Shown piece by piece: positions 45,237 to 55,459 of a DNA stretch of 64,000 nucleotides (the stretch's first letter is position 1; every line of letters begins with the position of its first letter). The position numbers and the translations under genes were made by a program. Origin of the DNA: Bacillota bacterium (GTDB lineage: Bacteria > Bacillota > Desulfotomaculia > Desulfotomaculales > Pelotomaculaceae); the NCBI GenBank assembly GCA_035369845.1, contig DAOOVD010000003.1, forward strand, positions 2,244 through 66,243, given 5' to 3'. The notes under the pieces are model-generated. The model did not search any database and was not told the origin of the DNA. It worked only from the letters and a program-made list of their open reading frames with translations.

Positions 45237-46382
45237 TCACAGGTCGAGGACCAGGTTGTTCCGGTGCACGACTTCGTCATAATCCTTGTAACCGAGAATG
45301 CGGGAGATTTCTTTAGTCTGCACTCCCTTTATCCTGTTTATTTCATCGGCCGAGTAATAAACGATGCCCCTGCCGACTTCCTTTCCGTCGGGCCCGACTA
45401 TGCTTACCGTGTTGCCCATTTCAAAAGCTCCTTCCACCCCGGTAACGCCCGAAGGAAGAAGGCTTTTGCCCTGCTCGACGAGAGCCCGCACGGCGCCCCC
45501 GTCTACGATCACCCTGCCGCAAACCGCCGAGCCGTAAGCTATCCATCGCTTTTTGTATTCGAGTTTATTGGCCGTAGGCCAGAAAACCGTTCCCGTTTCG
45601 GCGCCGCTTACAACCTTCCGGATCACGTCCTTTTCCCTGGAATTGGCCAGCACCGTGATCACACCGGAATGCATCGCTATCCGGGCGGCCTGCAGCTTGC
45701 TGGCCATGCCGCCCGTTCCCAGCCTGCTTCCCGTTCCGCCGGCGAGAAGCTCGATTTCAGGCGTTATTTCCCTTACCTCCCTGATCAGGGAAGCGCCGGC
45801 ATCCTTCCTCGGATCGGCGGTAAACAGGCCGTCCACGTCCGAAAGCAACACCAGCAGTTCCGCGTCGACCAGGCTGGCCACCATTGCTGAAAGACTGTCG
45901 TTTTCGCCGACCTTTATTTCGTCAACAGCTACCGTATCGTTTTCGTTTATTATGGGAATGACCTCGTATTGAAACAGGGCGTGTATGGTATTCCTGGCGT
46001 TCAAAAAGCGCCTCCTGTCGGAAAAATCCTCCCTTGTAAGCAGCACCTGGCCGACGGTGACTCCGTATTCGGCAAATATTTTCCCGTATATGTGCATCAA
46101 CGCTCCCTGGCCGACGGCGGCCGCCGCCTGTTTTTCGGGCAGTGTCTTCGGCCGCCCGGCCAGACCCAGCTTGCCCGCGCCAGTCCCGATGGCCCCCGAG
46201 GTGACCAGGATTACCTCCTTGCCCTGGTTGTGAAGGTCGGCAAGCTGCCGGACAAGAATTTCTATCTGGAACAGATCTGTTTTGCCGGTCGGGTGGGTGA
46301 TTGAACTTGACCCGACTTTTACCACCAGCCGCTTGAACCGGCTGAAGTTCCGGCCCGACTCCCGCATATACCACACCTGCAA
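45237..46382 (-). CDS. proB: Glutamate 5-kinase with PUA domain
   Basis: RLVVKVGSSSIT, VILVTSGAIGTG, NENDTVAVDEI, GTGGMASKL, and a C-terminal PUA-like region. The start may be ATG 46367. Confidence 0.9.
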   Translation of the reverse strand: MQVWYMRESGRNFSRFKRLVVKVGSSSITHPTGKTDLFQIEILVRQLADLHNQGKEVILVTSGAIGTGAGKLGLAGRPKTLPEKQAAAAVGQGALMHIYGKIFAEYGVTVGQVLLTREDFSDRRRFLNARNTIHALFQYEVIPIINENDTVAVDEIKVGENDSLSAMVASLVDAELLVLLSDVDGLFTADPRKDAGASLIREVREITPEIELLAGGTGSRLGTGGMASKLQAARIAMHSGVITVLANSREKDVIRKVVSGAETGTVFWPTANKLEYKKRWIAYGSAVCGRVIVDGGAVRALVEQGKSLLPSGVTGVEGAFEMGNTVSIVGPDGKEVGRGIVYYSADEINRIKGVQTKEISRILGYKDYDEVVHRNNLVLDL

Positions 46383-46493
46383 TTCTTCCAGTTAACCGTC
46401 CATGAAGCGCCGGATATGCGCATCTTTTTGGCGCGGCTAGACAAAGTATACCATATTTAACCGCCCGGTTAAAGACCGTTGTAAGACGGCGGC

Positions 46494-47768
46494 CTACTCC
46501 GCGTACTCAAACTCCAGCCTTCCTATCCTTACCGTGTCTCCCTCTTTGATGCCCGCCTCCTTTAGGGCCTCCTCGATCCCCATCGTCTTGACAATCCTCT
46601 GGAGGCGCCGCACGGCCTCTTCATTGTCCATGTCGGTCATGGCAACATGCCGTTCGATTTCCCTGCCCCCCACCCAAAAGACGCCTTCCCTGCAGGTGAC
46701 GGTAAAGCGGGGCCCGCTCCGGTGAACTGCCGGTTGACTGTCCTTTGCTGCAGGCGCCCCGGCGGGTATTTCCTCGAGCAATGCCGCTATCCTGTAAAGA
46801 AGGGGCTTCAACCCGCTGCCGGTTGCGGCCGAAACGGGAAAAATCTCGAATTTTTCTCCGTAGGCTTTTTGCAGACTCAACAGGTTTGACCGCGCCTCGC
46901 CGAGATCCATTTTGTTGGCCGCAATGATCTGCGGCCTGGAGCCGAGATCCGGGTTGTAAAGCGTCAGCTCCGTATTAGTGATTTTAAAGTCCTCAACCGG
47001 ATCTCTTCCCTCCGTCCCCGCCGTGTCGAGAACGTGGACCAGAAGGCGTGTCCTTTCAACGTGTCTCAAAAATTCATGCCCCAGACCGGCGCCGGCATGG
47101 GCGCCCTCGATCAGACCCGGAATATCGGCCACGACGAAGCTGGAACCGTCCTCCATCCGCACCACGCCGAGATTCGGCGTAACCGTCGTGAAGGGGTAGT
47201 CCGCTATCTTCGGTTTGGCCGCCGAGATCCGCGATATCAAAGTGGATTTGCCGGCGTTGGGAAAACCCACAAGACCCACGTCGGCCAGCAGTTTGAGTTC
47301 CAGGCTCAGCCGGCGCTCTTCACCCGGCTCCCCTTTTTCAGCCATTCTCGGAGCCTTGTTGCGCGGTGTGGCGAAGTGGGCGTTGCCCCGGCCGCCCCGG
47401 CCGCCCCGGGCAACTGTCGCTTCCTGTCCGTGCGTAACCAGGTCGGCAATCAGTTCCCCCGTATCAGCATCCCTGACTACCGTACCGACCGGCACCCGCA
47501 GGTAAAGATCCTCTCCCGAAGCGCCGTGTTTGTTTTTGCCTTCTCCGTGACGGCCCCGCCCGGCCCTGTAATGCCTTTTATAACGAAAATCCGCCAGGGT
47601 TCTCAAGCCCTCTTCAGCCCGCAGGAGCACGTCTCCGCCCCGGCCGCCGTCGCCGCCCCAGGGACCCCCTTCGGGCACGTACTTTTCCCTGCGCATGGCG
47701 ACGCAGCCGTTGCCCCCGTCGCCGCCTTTGACAAATATCAAAGCCTTGTCAAAAAACATAAGACCCAC
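46494..47768 (-). CDS. obg: GTPase Obg
   Basis: MFFDKALIFVKGGDGGNG Gly-rich Obg fold, GFPNAGKST, DIPGLIEGA, NKMD, and a C-terminal OCT domain. Confidence 0.95.
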   Translation of the reverse strand: MGLMFFDKALIFVKGGDGGNGCVAMRREKYVPEGGPWGGDGGRGGDVLLRAEEGLRTLADFRYKRHYRAGRGRHGEGKNKHGASGEDLYLRVPVGTVVRDADTGELIADLVTHGQEATVARGGRGGRGNAHFATPRNKAPRMAEKGEPGEERRLSLELKLLADVGLVGFPNAGKSTLISRISAAKPKIADYPFTTVTPNLGVVRMEDGSSFVVADIPGLIEGAHAGAGLGHEFLRHVERTRLLVHVLDTAGTEGRDPVEDFKITNTELTLYNPDLGSRPQIIAANKMDLGEARSNLLSLQKAYGEKFEIFPVSAATGSGLKPLLYRIAALLEEIPAGAPAAKDSQPAVHRSGPRFTVTCREGVFWVGGREIERHVAMTDMDNEEAVRRLQRIVKTMGIEEALKEAGIKEGDTVRIGRLEFEYAE

Positions 47769-47779
47769 CTGTCGTTAGT

Positions 47780-48406
47780 TTAACCGGATTGAAGCTTTTT
47801 GCGCGGGAAGTTCAAAAAGATTTCCACACCGTTGTCGGCCATGGCCAGGTTTACCCGCCCGCCGTACGGGTTCAGCAGTTCGCTCACGGCGGTCAGCCCC
47901 TTCTCCAGGACTTCCGGATCGCCTGTCAGCAGTTCCGGAAAAAGCAGGCGGCAAATGCAGTTTTTTTCGCTCTCCGAAATAATCACTTCCAGATGCTTGT
48001 CCTCTACTTCGTGTGAACTCATAGCGGAGATCACGATACCCAGACTGTACTCCAGCGCGTCTCCCATCACGGGACCCGGAACCGTACAGTTGTCAAAAGT
48101 GGAATCGACCGTAAGCTCGATTTCAATCTGGGACATGGAGGCGTCATAGAAACCATTCAACAAAACGGCTGTAATCTCCGGCACATTCAACCTGGCCGTT
48201 TTGCCGAGCTGGGCCATTTCCATGCTGACCTGGTTTATGTATTCACGCACCCTGTCAATCTTGTTGAGCTGGAGAAGACCGGAGATTACCTGAAAATGGT
48301 TTAAAAAATCATGCCTCTGTGCCTGGATGATTTTCAAAAGTTTTTCCAAATACAATTTGTCTCCTCCCTTCAGACATCTTATTAATTTCGACGCGGCTGC
48401 CGCCAA
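47780..48406 (-). CDS. spo0B: Spo0B-like sporulation phosphotransferase
   Basis: QRHDFLNHFQVISGLLQLNKIDRVREYI resembles the Spo0B His-helix (RHDWMNKLQLIKG..YDRV). Its position between rpmA and obg matches B. subtilis. Confidence 0.65.
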   Translation of the reverse strand: MAAAASKLIRCLKGGDKLYLEKLLKIIQAQRHDFLNHFQVISGLLQLNKIDRVREYINQVSMEMAQLGKTARLNVPEITAVLLNGFYDASMSQIEIELTVDSTFDNCTVPGPVMGDALEYSLGIVISAMSSHEVEDKHLEVIISESEKNCICRLLFPELLTGDPEVLEKGLTAVSELLNPYGGRVNLAMADNGVEIFLNFPRKKLQSG

Positions 48407-48471
48407 TCCCTTTTAAATAACCGGGTAAAACAAGAGGGCCGTCCCGTCAGACGGCCCCCGATTTTCAAGGC

Positions 48472-48744
48472 TCAAGCCATGTTCTCCACCGGGAAAACGC
48501 TTACCGCTTTTTTGTCCCGGCCTTTTCTGTCAAAGCTTACCACCCCGTCTATCTTGGCGAACAGGGTGTCATCGCCGCCCCTGCCGACATTGTAACCGGG
48601 GTGAATTTTGGTGCCGCGCTGCCGCACCAGGATGCTGCCCGCCAGGACGAACTGGCCGTCCTGCCTCTTAACGCCAAGCATTTTCGGCTGGGAATCCCGG
48701 CCGTTGCGCGAACTGCCTACGCCCTTTTTATGTGCCATATCCAA
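48472..48744 (-). CDS. rpmA: 50S ribosomal protein L27
   Basis: [16 protein letters not shown]. The start may be the third codon (ATG 48738). Confidence 0.95.
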   Translation of the reverse strand: MDMAHKKGVGSSRNGRDSQPKMLGVKRQDGQFVLAGSILVRQRGTKIHPGYNVGRGGDDTLFAKIDGVVSFDRKGRDKKAVSVFPVENMA

Positions 48745-48784
48745 TCACCTCTTTCAGGAAATAATAAAATCAAACGGCTAGAAA

Positions 48785-49108
48785 TCATGCCTCGATTTTT
48801 TCAACAGTCACCTGGGTAAAAGGCTGCCGGTGGCCCTTCTTGCGGCGGTAGTTTTTCTTTGCCTTGTACTTGAAAACGAAAATTTTCCTTCCCCTGCCGT
48901 GCCGGACAACCTTCAGCAGCACCCTGGCTCCTTCCACCAGCGGGGCGCCTATCCTGACATCGCCTTCCCCTACCACTGCAAGAACCCTGTTTACCTCAAC
49001 GGTCTCACCGGCTCCGGCCGTCAGTTTTTCAACGCAAAGGGTGTCTCCTTCCTTTACACGATACTGTTTGCCGCCGGTTTCAATAATTGCGTACAACCCG
49101 CAAAGCAC
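48785..49108 (-). CDS. rplU: 50S ribosomal protein L21
   Basis: [17 protein letters not shown]. The exact start is uncertain. Confidence 0.95.
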   Translation of the reverse strand: MLCGLYAIIETGGKQYRVKEGDTLCVEKLTAGAGETVEVNRVLAVVGEGDVRIGAPLVEGARVLLKVVRHGRGRKIFVFKYKAKKNYRRKKGHRQPFTQVTVEKIEA

Positions 49109-49320
49109 CTCCCCGAAATCATAGGACTCGCCGGAAAAGCAGGCAGGGGCTGAAAGCCGGCCCCGTTTGAAAACCAGTTCCGTGCGGTGTCAAGGCATAA
49201 TCGCCTACAGTAAGTTATTTTAACATACCCTGCGGTTTTGTCAAGGCCGCCTTTTTCGCCTTTTTCCGGGCCGGATTGGAACCACGCCTCACCAGAACCC
49301 GCGCGATTCGGGCAGACAGG

Positions 49321-51012
49321 TCAGGATTTGACCTGCCTGGCCTTGGCATAGGTCCTGTATACCTTGCTGACCTCCACCGGAATGGTTTCACCGACCAGGG
49401 AGCCGGCCCCCTCAATGTCGAGAATAAACCCGTTGACCCTGGCGATACCGTCATTGACATTGGTTATGTGGGGCTCCTCGACCTTGACCTCCAGCACCTC
49501 GCCCGGCCGCACCGGCAGGGTCTGGGCCTGGATGTTCTCGTTGTCGGTCAGGGGCCGGATGGTGACGGATTCTATGTGGTGGCTTGCCGATCCCCTTATG
49601 TAAAGGCTCTTGCCGGTTTTGCTTTCCAGATCGCGCAGGTTCGCGCCGCCGCTGCCGATAAGCCGCGCCGCCACCACCGGGTTGGCCTCCACCAGGATGG
49701 TCCGGGCCGGAGTCTGGCGGGCTACGTTATAGATCTGGTTCTTGAAGTGAATGCCGAGAGTTTCCTCCGACAGGACCTTCCCCCTCCCCTCGCAATACGG
49801 GCAGGGTTTTTGAACCACCTCGGCCAGACTGGGCCTCACTTTTTTGCGGGTCATCTCCACAAGACCGAGTTGGGTTATGCCGAGAATGTTCGTCTTGGTC
49901 TTGTCTTTTTTTATCTCCTCTTCCAGGGCGCGGAGCACATCCTGGCGGTGCCCCTCTTTATTCATGTCGATGAAATCAACGATGATTATTCCGCCGATAT
50001 TGCGCAGACGTAGCTGCCTGGCAATTTCCTGGGCGGCTTCCAGGTTGGTTTTCAGCACCGTGTCTTCCAAATTCGTACTCCCGACGTACTTGCCGGTGTT
50101 CACGTCAACCGCGGTAAGCGCCTCGGCCTGGTCGATTACCAGATACCCGCCGCTCTTCAGCCATACTTTCCGTTTCAAAGCCTTTTCTATTTCGAGTTCG
50201 ATGCCGTAGTCTTCGAAAATATTTTCCCGCTCGTCCAGGGATACCTTGAACTTCAAACGGGGACCGATGATGTCCAGCAAATCAAGAACTTTTTCATATT
50301 CGTAGCGTGAATCGAGAATAAGACGGCCGACATCCTCGGTAAAAACATCGCGCAGAATGCGCTGTATCAGTTCCAGGTCGCGGTGCACCAGGTTCGGCGC
50401 TGGGCCGCGGGCGGCCCTGTTCAGAATCTTTCGCCAGAGTTTCGAGAGCATGGCGATATCCTGGCGGAACTCCTCCTCGTCCATGCCTTCGGCCACGGTG
50501 CGCACTATCACGCCCATTCCCTCCGGCTTGACCCTCGAGGCAAGCTCCTTCAGCCTCTCCCGCTCCCTGTCCGACTCAATCCGGCGGGAAATGCCGATGT
50601 AGTCCACGGTCGGCATAAGCACGAGATAGCGGCCCGGCAGGGTGATATGGGTGGTAACACGCGGGCCCTTGGTGCCGATGGGCTCCTTTACAATCTGCAC
50701 CAGCACCTCCTGACCCTCTTTCAGTATATCGCATATATTAGCGCCCAGAACCGAAGCGCCGTGATCGGCCCCTTCCGGTGAACTTTCCGGGAGCGCGTCT
50801 TCCACGTATAAAAACGCGTTTTTCTCCAGCCCGATGTTTACAAAGGCCGCCTGCATACCCGGGAGGACGTTTTCCACCCGGCCCTTGAAGATGTTGCCGA
50901 CAAGGCGCTGGTTGACGGACCTCTCTATGTATATTTCAACCGGCACTTTGCCTTCAAGCACCGCGACCCTGGTCTCCTCCTCACCCACGTTGACGACGAT
51001 TTCTTTTAACAT
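49321..51012 (-). CDS. rng: Rne/Rng-family ribonuclease (RNase G-like) with a C-terminal extension
   Basis: The N-terminal S1 region has GNIFKGRVENVLPGMQAAFVNIG, followed by AVDVNTGKY. The C-terminal ~90 aa form an extra beta-rich domain. Confidence 0.85.
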   Translation of the reverse strand: MLKEIVVNVGEEETRVAVLEGKVPVEIYIERSVNQRLVGNIFKGRVENVLPGMQAAFVNIGLEKNAFLYVEDALPESSPEGADHGASVLGANICDILKEGQEVLVQIVKEPIGTKGPRVTTHITLPGRYLVLMPTVDYIGISRRIESDRERERLKELASRVKPEGMGVIVRTVAEGMDEEEFRQDIAMLSKLWRKILNRAARGPAPNLVHRDLELIQRILRDVFTEDVGRLILDSRYEYEKVLDLLDIIGPRLKFKVSLDERENIFEDYGIELEIEKALKRKVWLKSGGYLVIDQAEALTAVDVNTGKYVGSTNLEDTVLKTNLEAAQEIARQLRLRNIGGIIIVDFIDMNKEGHRQDVLRALEEEIKKDKTKTNILGITQLGLVEMTRKKVRPSLAEVVQKPCPYCEGRGKVLSEETLGIHFKNQIYNVARQTPARTILVEANPVVAARLIGSGGANLRDLESKTGKSLYIRGSASHHIESVTIRPLTDNENIQAQTLPVRPGEVLEVKVEEPHITNVNDGIARVNGFILDIEGAGSLVGETIPVEVSKVYRTYAKARQVKS

Positions 51013-51053
51013 ATCAGCTTACCTTTCTTAAAAACTTATAATACATTTATTAT

Positions 51054-51746
51054 TTACCACATCAATTTTTTTTTATCTCCGTCCCCGGCCCTGTACAGAC
51101 CCGTCCTGCAAAGCGAAAACCTGCTTAAAACGGACAACCCGGTATTCTTTTCCAGGGAGGAGAGCACTTCTTCGAACCTCACATTCCCGCTGCTCCCCGC
51201 CTTCAGTTCGGCCTCCACAACAATTATATCACCGTCAATCCTGCCCGACACCGAAAAAATACCCGGCTTTATGTCGAACAGTTTCTTTTCCCCGGCCTTG
51301 TTCTTCCGTTCCACCAGGATTTCCGGCAAGGACAGGAAATCCTTTATGCGCCCGGCAAGCCAGTCGCTATCGGCTGGCTGTTTGAGCTTCGCCACAGCCC
51401 GGTAAGTTGCCCGCCCGACGGCGGACATCAGCGGCGGCGACTGTTCCGGCACCTTCCTGACTTCGATGACGCGCAGCCCCTCCGGCATTGCCCCGGAAAG
51501 ATCCCCGGCCACTCTTTCCGGTAAAATGTCGGCGGCGAGTTCGAGGTCGGCGAACTCCCTCTCGCCGGCCGTTCCCACTCCCAAAGGGGCGGCAAAGGAT
51601 ATCTTCGGGTGGGGGTTATAACCACGGGTAAAGGCCAGCGGCAAACCGGCTCTCCTGGCCGCCCGCTCGAAAGCCCTCAGAAGATCGAGATGAGACAAGT
51701 ACCTGGCCGGACCAGCTTTGGCGTACATGATCCTGTATTTGGACAC
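51054..51746 (-). CDS. Radical-SAM-linked protein (DUF2344 / TIGR03936-like)
   Basis: YRIMYAKAGPARYLSHLDLLRAFERAARRAGLPLAFTRGYNPHPKISFA. Start placed at GTG 51746 after GGGAGGTGA. The track ORF overlaps the upstream gene. Confidence 0.75.
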   Translation of the reverse strand: MSKYRIMYAKAGPARYLSHLDLLRAFERAARRAGLPLAFTRGYNPHPKISFAAPLGVGTAGEREFADLELAADILPERVAGDLSGAMPEGLRVIEVRKVPEQSPPLMSAVGRATYRAVAKLKQPADSDWLAGRIKDFLSLPEILVERKNKAGEKKLFDIKPGIFSVSGRIDGDIIVVEAELKAGSSGNVRFEEVLSSLEKNTGLSVLSRFSLCRTGLYRAGDGDKKKLMW

Positions 51747-51750
51747 GCTC

Positions 51751-53589
51751 TCACCTCCCGGCGCAGACCGGCCGCACTTCAAGGGCGGAACAGAGGCCGC
51801 AGCCCCGGCAGGACCCCGTGCGGCAGTCTCCGGTCGTCACCCCGGCCATCGCCAGGCGGTGTTCGTTTACCAGAAACTCCTTGCTGACTCCCGCGTCAAT
51901 ATGATCCCAGGGTAGAACGTCATCATAACAGTAGCGCCTGTATGCGTACATTCCGGGATCAAGGCCGGCCGACCGGAACGCTTCCAGCCAGCGGGACAGG
52001 TCGAAGTGTTCCGTCCATCCGTCGAATTTGCAGCCCGACTCGAAAGCCCTGATCAGGACTCCGTTCAGCCGCCTGTCGCCCCTGGCGAAAGCAGCCTCAA
52101 TAAAACTTAAGCCGGGGTCGTGGTAATTAAAAACTATTCCCCTCTCCTTAAGCCTCCCCGAAAGATAGGCCTGCTTCCGTTTCAGTTCTTCCATGCCGGC
52201 CTGCGATTCCCACTGGAAAGGCGTGTGCGCCTTGGGGACAAAAGACGAGGCGCTCACGGTCACCTTCAGCCGCCCCCGCTGCGCCCCCGCCCGCCGGCCA
52301 GCTTCCAGAACCTTTCTGGCCAGGGCGGCAATCCCGTCCAGATCGTCGTCCGTTTCGGTGGGCAGGCCGATCATAAAGTAAAGCTTCAACGAGTGCCATC
52401 CTTCCTTAAAAGCGGCCTCCGCAGTTTCGATCAGGTCTTCTTCGGTCACACCCTTGTTGATCACGTCCCTGAGACGCTGCGTACCCGCCTCGGGGGCGAA
52501 GGTGAGGCTGGAGCGGCGCACACGCTGGACTTCTTTGGCCAGTTCTATCGAAAAACCGTCTGCCCTGAGTGAAGGCAGTGAAACACCGACACCCCGGCAA
52601 GCGTGTTTGTCCAGAATGGACGAGACGACCCGCCGGACCGGAGTGTAGTCACTGGTGCTCAAGGAAGTGAGAGAAATTTCATCGCAGCCGGTATTGCGAA
52701 CAAGTTCGTCCGCCTGCCGCAGAACTGTTTCCGCTTTTCTCTCCCGCACGGGACGGTAAATCATGCCCGCTTGGCAAAAGCGGCAGCCCCTGGTACAGCC
52801 CCGAAAAACCTCAAGCATGATCCGGTCGTGCACCGCCTCGGTTGACGGAACCACGGGCTTTACAGGAAACGGAGCCTGGTCCAGGTCCCCGACCAGTCTT
52901 TTGATCACCCTGCGCGGCGCTCCGTTTAAAACCGGCTCCACCCCGCCCGGGGACCCGTCCTCCCGTAGGCAGGGCCGGTAGAACGAAGGAACGTACACGC
53001 CCCGCACCCCGGAAACTTCAAGAAGGAATTCCTTTTTTGTAAGGCCGCGCTTCCTGCCGTCCAAAAAAACGTCCAGAAATTCATCGATTGCTTCTTCCCC
53101 TTCACCGATGACGAAGAGATCGATTATTTCGGCCAGCGGCTCGGGATTGAACGCGCACGGTCCTCCCGCTATAACCAGCGGACGGCCTTCCCGCCGGCGT
53201 GATTCGAGCGGTATGCCGGCCAGATCCAGCATGTACAAAATATTTGAAAAGCTCATTTCGTACTGAAGGGTAAAGGCCAAAATATCAAAATCTTTTACCG
53301 GCCGCCGGGACTCCAGGGTAAAAAGCGGCAGTCCGTGCCCCTTCATCTTCTCCGCCATGTCGGGCCACGGCGCGAACACTCTCTCCATCAGGGCGCCGGG
53401 CCGGGCATTTACGATACTGTAAAGGATATGCAGCCCGAGATGCGACATACCCACCTCGTAAACATCCGGATAGGCGAAGGCAAGCCTGACGTCCGCCCCG
53501 TCCCAGTCCTTCCGGACGGAATTCCACTCGCCTCCCGCATAGCGGGCCGGTTTTTGCACCGCGGGTAAAATTTGATCGAGAATCTCCAC
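51751..53589 (-). CDS. B12-binding-domain radical SAM protein (TIGR03960-like)
   Basis: VFRGCTRGCRFCQAG is a CxxxCxxC cluster motif. 612 aa. Confidence 0.85.
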   Translation of the reverse strand: MEILDQILPAVQKPARYAGGEWNSVRKDWDGADVRLAFAYPDVYEVGMSHLGLHILYSIVNARPGALMERVFAPWPDMAEKMKGHGLPLFTLESRRPVKDFDILAFTLQYEMSFSNILYMLDLAGIPLESRRREGRPLVIAGGPCAFNPEPLAEIIDLFVIGEGEEAIDEFLDVFLDGRKRGLTKKEFLLEVSGVRGVYVPSFYRPCLREDGSPGGVEPVLNGAPRRVIKRLVGDLDQAPFPVKPVVPSTEAVHDRIMLEVFRGCTRGCRFCQAGMIYRPVRERKAETVLRQADELVRNTGCDEISLTSLSTSDYTPVRRVVSSILDKHACRGVGVSLPSLRADGFSIELAKEVQRVRRSSLTFAPEAGTQRLRDVINKGVTEEDLIETAEAAFKEGWHSLKLYFMIGLPTETDDDLDGIAALARKVLEAGRRAGAQRGRLKVTVSASSFVPKAHTPFQWESQAGMEELKRKQAYLSGRLKERGIVFNYHDPGLSFIEAAFARGDRRLNGVLIRAFESGCKFDGWTEHFDLSRWLEAFRSAGLDPGMYAYRRYCYDDVLPWDHIDAGVSKEFLVNEHRLAMAGVTTGDCRTGSCRGCGLCSALEVRPVCAGR

Positions 53590-54047
53590 CTGCGCATTCC
53601 CCCGTTAGCTGAGCTGTTGACAAACTTTTTTACCATAGCCATTGATAGCTTCCTGTCGTTGAAGCCATCTGCTCAACACAGGAAAAGCCTGGTCAACATC
53701 CCCATAATAGATGTTAGCATAAACGGAATTCCCTGTCAGAGGCTAGTATTGCCAAAAATAAACGGAAAAATATTCCTATCTAATATATTCTACAGGGGAA
53801 CAAAAAAACCTACGTAATTACATACGCGGAAACCGTATTATATTAAGCGTCCGATTCATAAACGGCGCCGCATCACGAAATCCTGAGACGACTCAAAAAG
53901 GAAGGGTTTTATACGGCGTCCGTCGATTTCTTCCGCCGATTTCTCCGATGACATTCTTGTGCGAAACCTGGTCGCCTGTCATGTTATTGCAGAATTTAAG
54001 CTGAAGCGCATACGATACGGAAGAGAGCTGTTACTTTACCGGCCAGT

Positions 54048-54740
54048 TCACCGTTGCGAAGGGTGAGGTATTTCTTTTCCGTCGTATCCCGCCCCGAGGA
54101 ATACCACCTGGGGGATGTTCTCCTGAAACGCTTGTTTTACAATGTGGTCAATGTAGGCCGTGCGGGCAATAAAATATTCGTAAACGCCTCCCTTCATCAA
54201 GTTCTTCATAACCCATTCCCGGGCGGCAGGATCTCTCAGGGTTTTTTTGCCTTCTTCGTCAATAAAAATCTCCGCCAGATAATCAGGACCCTTAACCTCA
54301 TCCCTTCTTTCGCAGGCCGCAAGCGCGCGGCAAAACGCGGTGGTCAAAGCCGTATCAGACGGCTGATCCTCAAGAGACTTGTCCGTGTCAGAAGCTTTTC
54401 CTGTAATTCCTATGATGTTGCCAAAGGGATCTACAACTTTTGCAACTCTGGAATTAAAAACATTTATACTGATTTCGGTATGCGCAGCGGCGCCAAATTC
54501 AAGCAGCCGCTGATAAGCCGTATGAATGTCATCAACACCCCAGTAAGCTACTGGAGGCTGTCCGCCGCCAGGCGAGGAATCTGGTTCCGGGACAAGGATC
54601 AATAAAAAATCGCTGATTTTAAATACAGTGATAAAAGGTGAATCGATAACCGGTTCTTTATTCAGGATCCTGCTGTACCAATCCCTTGCCTTTTCAATAT
54701 CCGGAACCTGATAGGTCACTCTATCCAAATTGGCGAACAT
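54048..54740 (-). CDS. Glyoxalase/VOC domain fused to the N-terminal part of an LCM-type SAM methyltransferase (appears truncated)
   Basis: The N-terminal ~115 aa are VOC-like. Then SDTALTTAFCRA..YFIARTAYIDHIV..VVFLGAGYD, the start of SAM motif I, is followed by only 10 more residues and a stop. Confidence 0.6.
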   Translation of the reverse strand: MFANLDRVTYQVPDIEKARDWYSRILNKEPVIDSPFITVFKISDFLLILVPEPDSSPGGGQPPVAYWGVDDIHTAYQRLLEFGAAAHTEISINVFNSRVAKVVDPFGNIIGITGKASDTDKSLEDQPSDTALTTAFCRALAACERRDEVKGPDYLAEIFIDEEGKKTLRDPAAREWVMKNLMKGGVYEYFIARTAYIDHIVKQAFQENIPQVVFLGAGYDGKEIPHPSQR

Positions 54741-54757
54741 TGCTCTTCCTCCATCTT

Positions 54758-55459
54758 TTACGTTTTATTGTGACGGTGGCCGTTTTTTTTCGTGAAAAAA
54801 GCTGTCTGTTCTTTATCAATCACCCGGCAAAAACATCCTTCATGTACCCTCCTGTCAAACGCTCCGTTAAGAAAAAGATCCACCTCCCTCTCGATAATAT
54901 CGCTCAAAGGCTTTTCAGGGTAAGCCAGCCATAATATCATTACTGAAGCGCTGATCCATTCCAGGTGGTTTGACAGTTCCTCGGCGGATATGTCCGGCCT
55001 GATTTCACCAGCTTCCTGACCCATCCTGACAATCGGTTCCAGAATGTTGTTAAAACCGCTTCTCATACCCCGGTTCTTCACGGTTTCAAGCGATCTTTGC
55101 AACATGTAAACTATATATACTTTGAGAACATCCCTGTTGAGATTTTTGTCAAACCATTCCAGAGAGCGCTGTAATAATGCGGTTAGCCTCGACCTAGTAT
55201 CGGGTAACTCTTTCAGCAAATTAACCGCTTCAGCGCCTGTCTCTCTTGCGTTTCTTCGCACATACTCCGCAACAATAGCTTCTTTGGAAGGAAAATGATT
55301 AAATATGGTCCCTTTGGCAACGTCGGCACCTTCGGCTACCTGATCTACCGTAGTCCGGGCATAACCCCGTTCATTAAACAGTTCCATGGCAACAGCAATG
55401 ATTTTTCTTCTTGTTTCTTCTTTTTTTCTCTCGGTTCTGTTTCTAATAACATTCTCCAT
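54758..55459 (-). CDS. TetR-family transcriptional regulator
   Basis: RRKIIAVAMELFNERGYARTTVDQVAEGADVAKGTIFNHFPSKEAIV. Confidence 0.9.
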   Translation of the reverse strand: MENVIRNRTERKKEETRRKIIAVAMELFNERGYARTTVDQVAEGADVAKGTIFNHFPSKEAIVAEYVRRNARETGAEAVNLLKELPDTRSRLTALLQRSLEWFDKNLNRDVLKVYIVYMLQRSLETVKNRGMRSGFNNILEPIVRMGQEAGEIRPDISAEELSNHLEWISASVMILWLAYPEKPLSDIIEREVDLFLNGAFDRRVHEGCFCRVIDKEQTAFFTKKNGHRHNKT

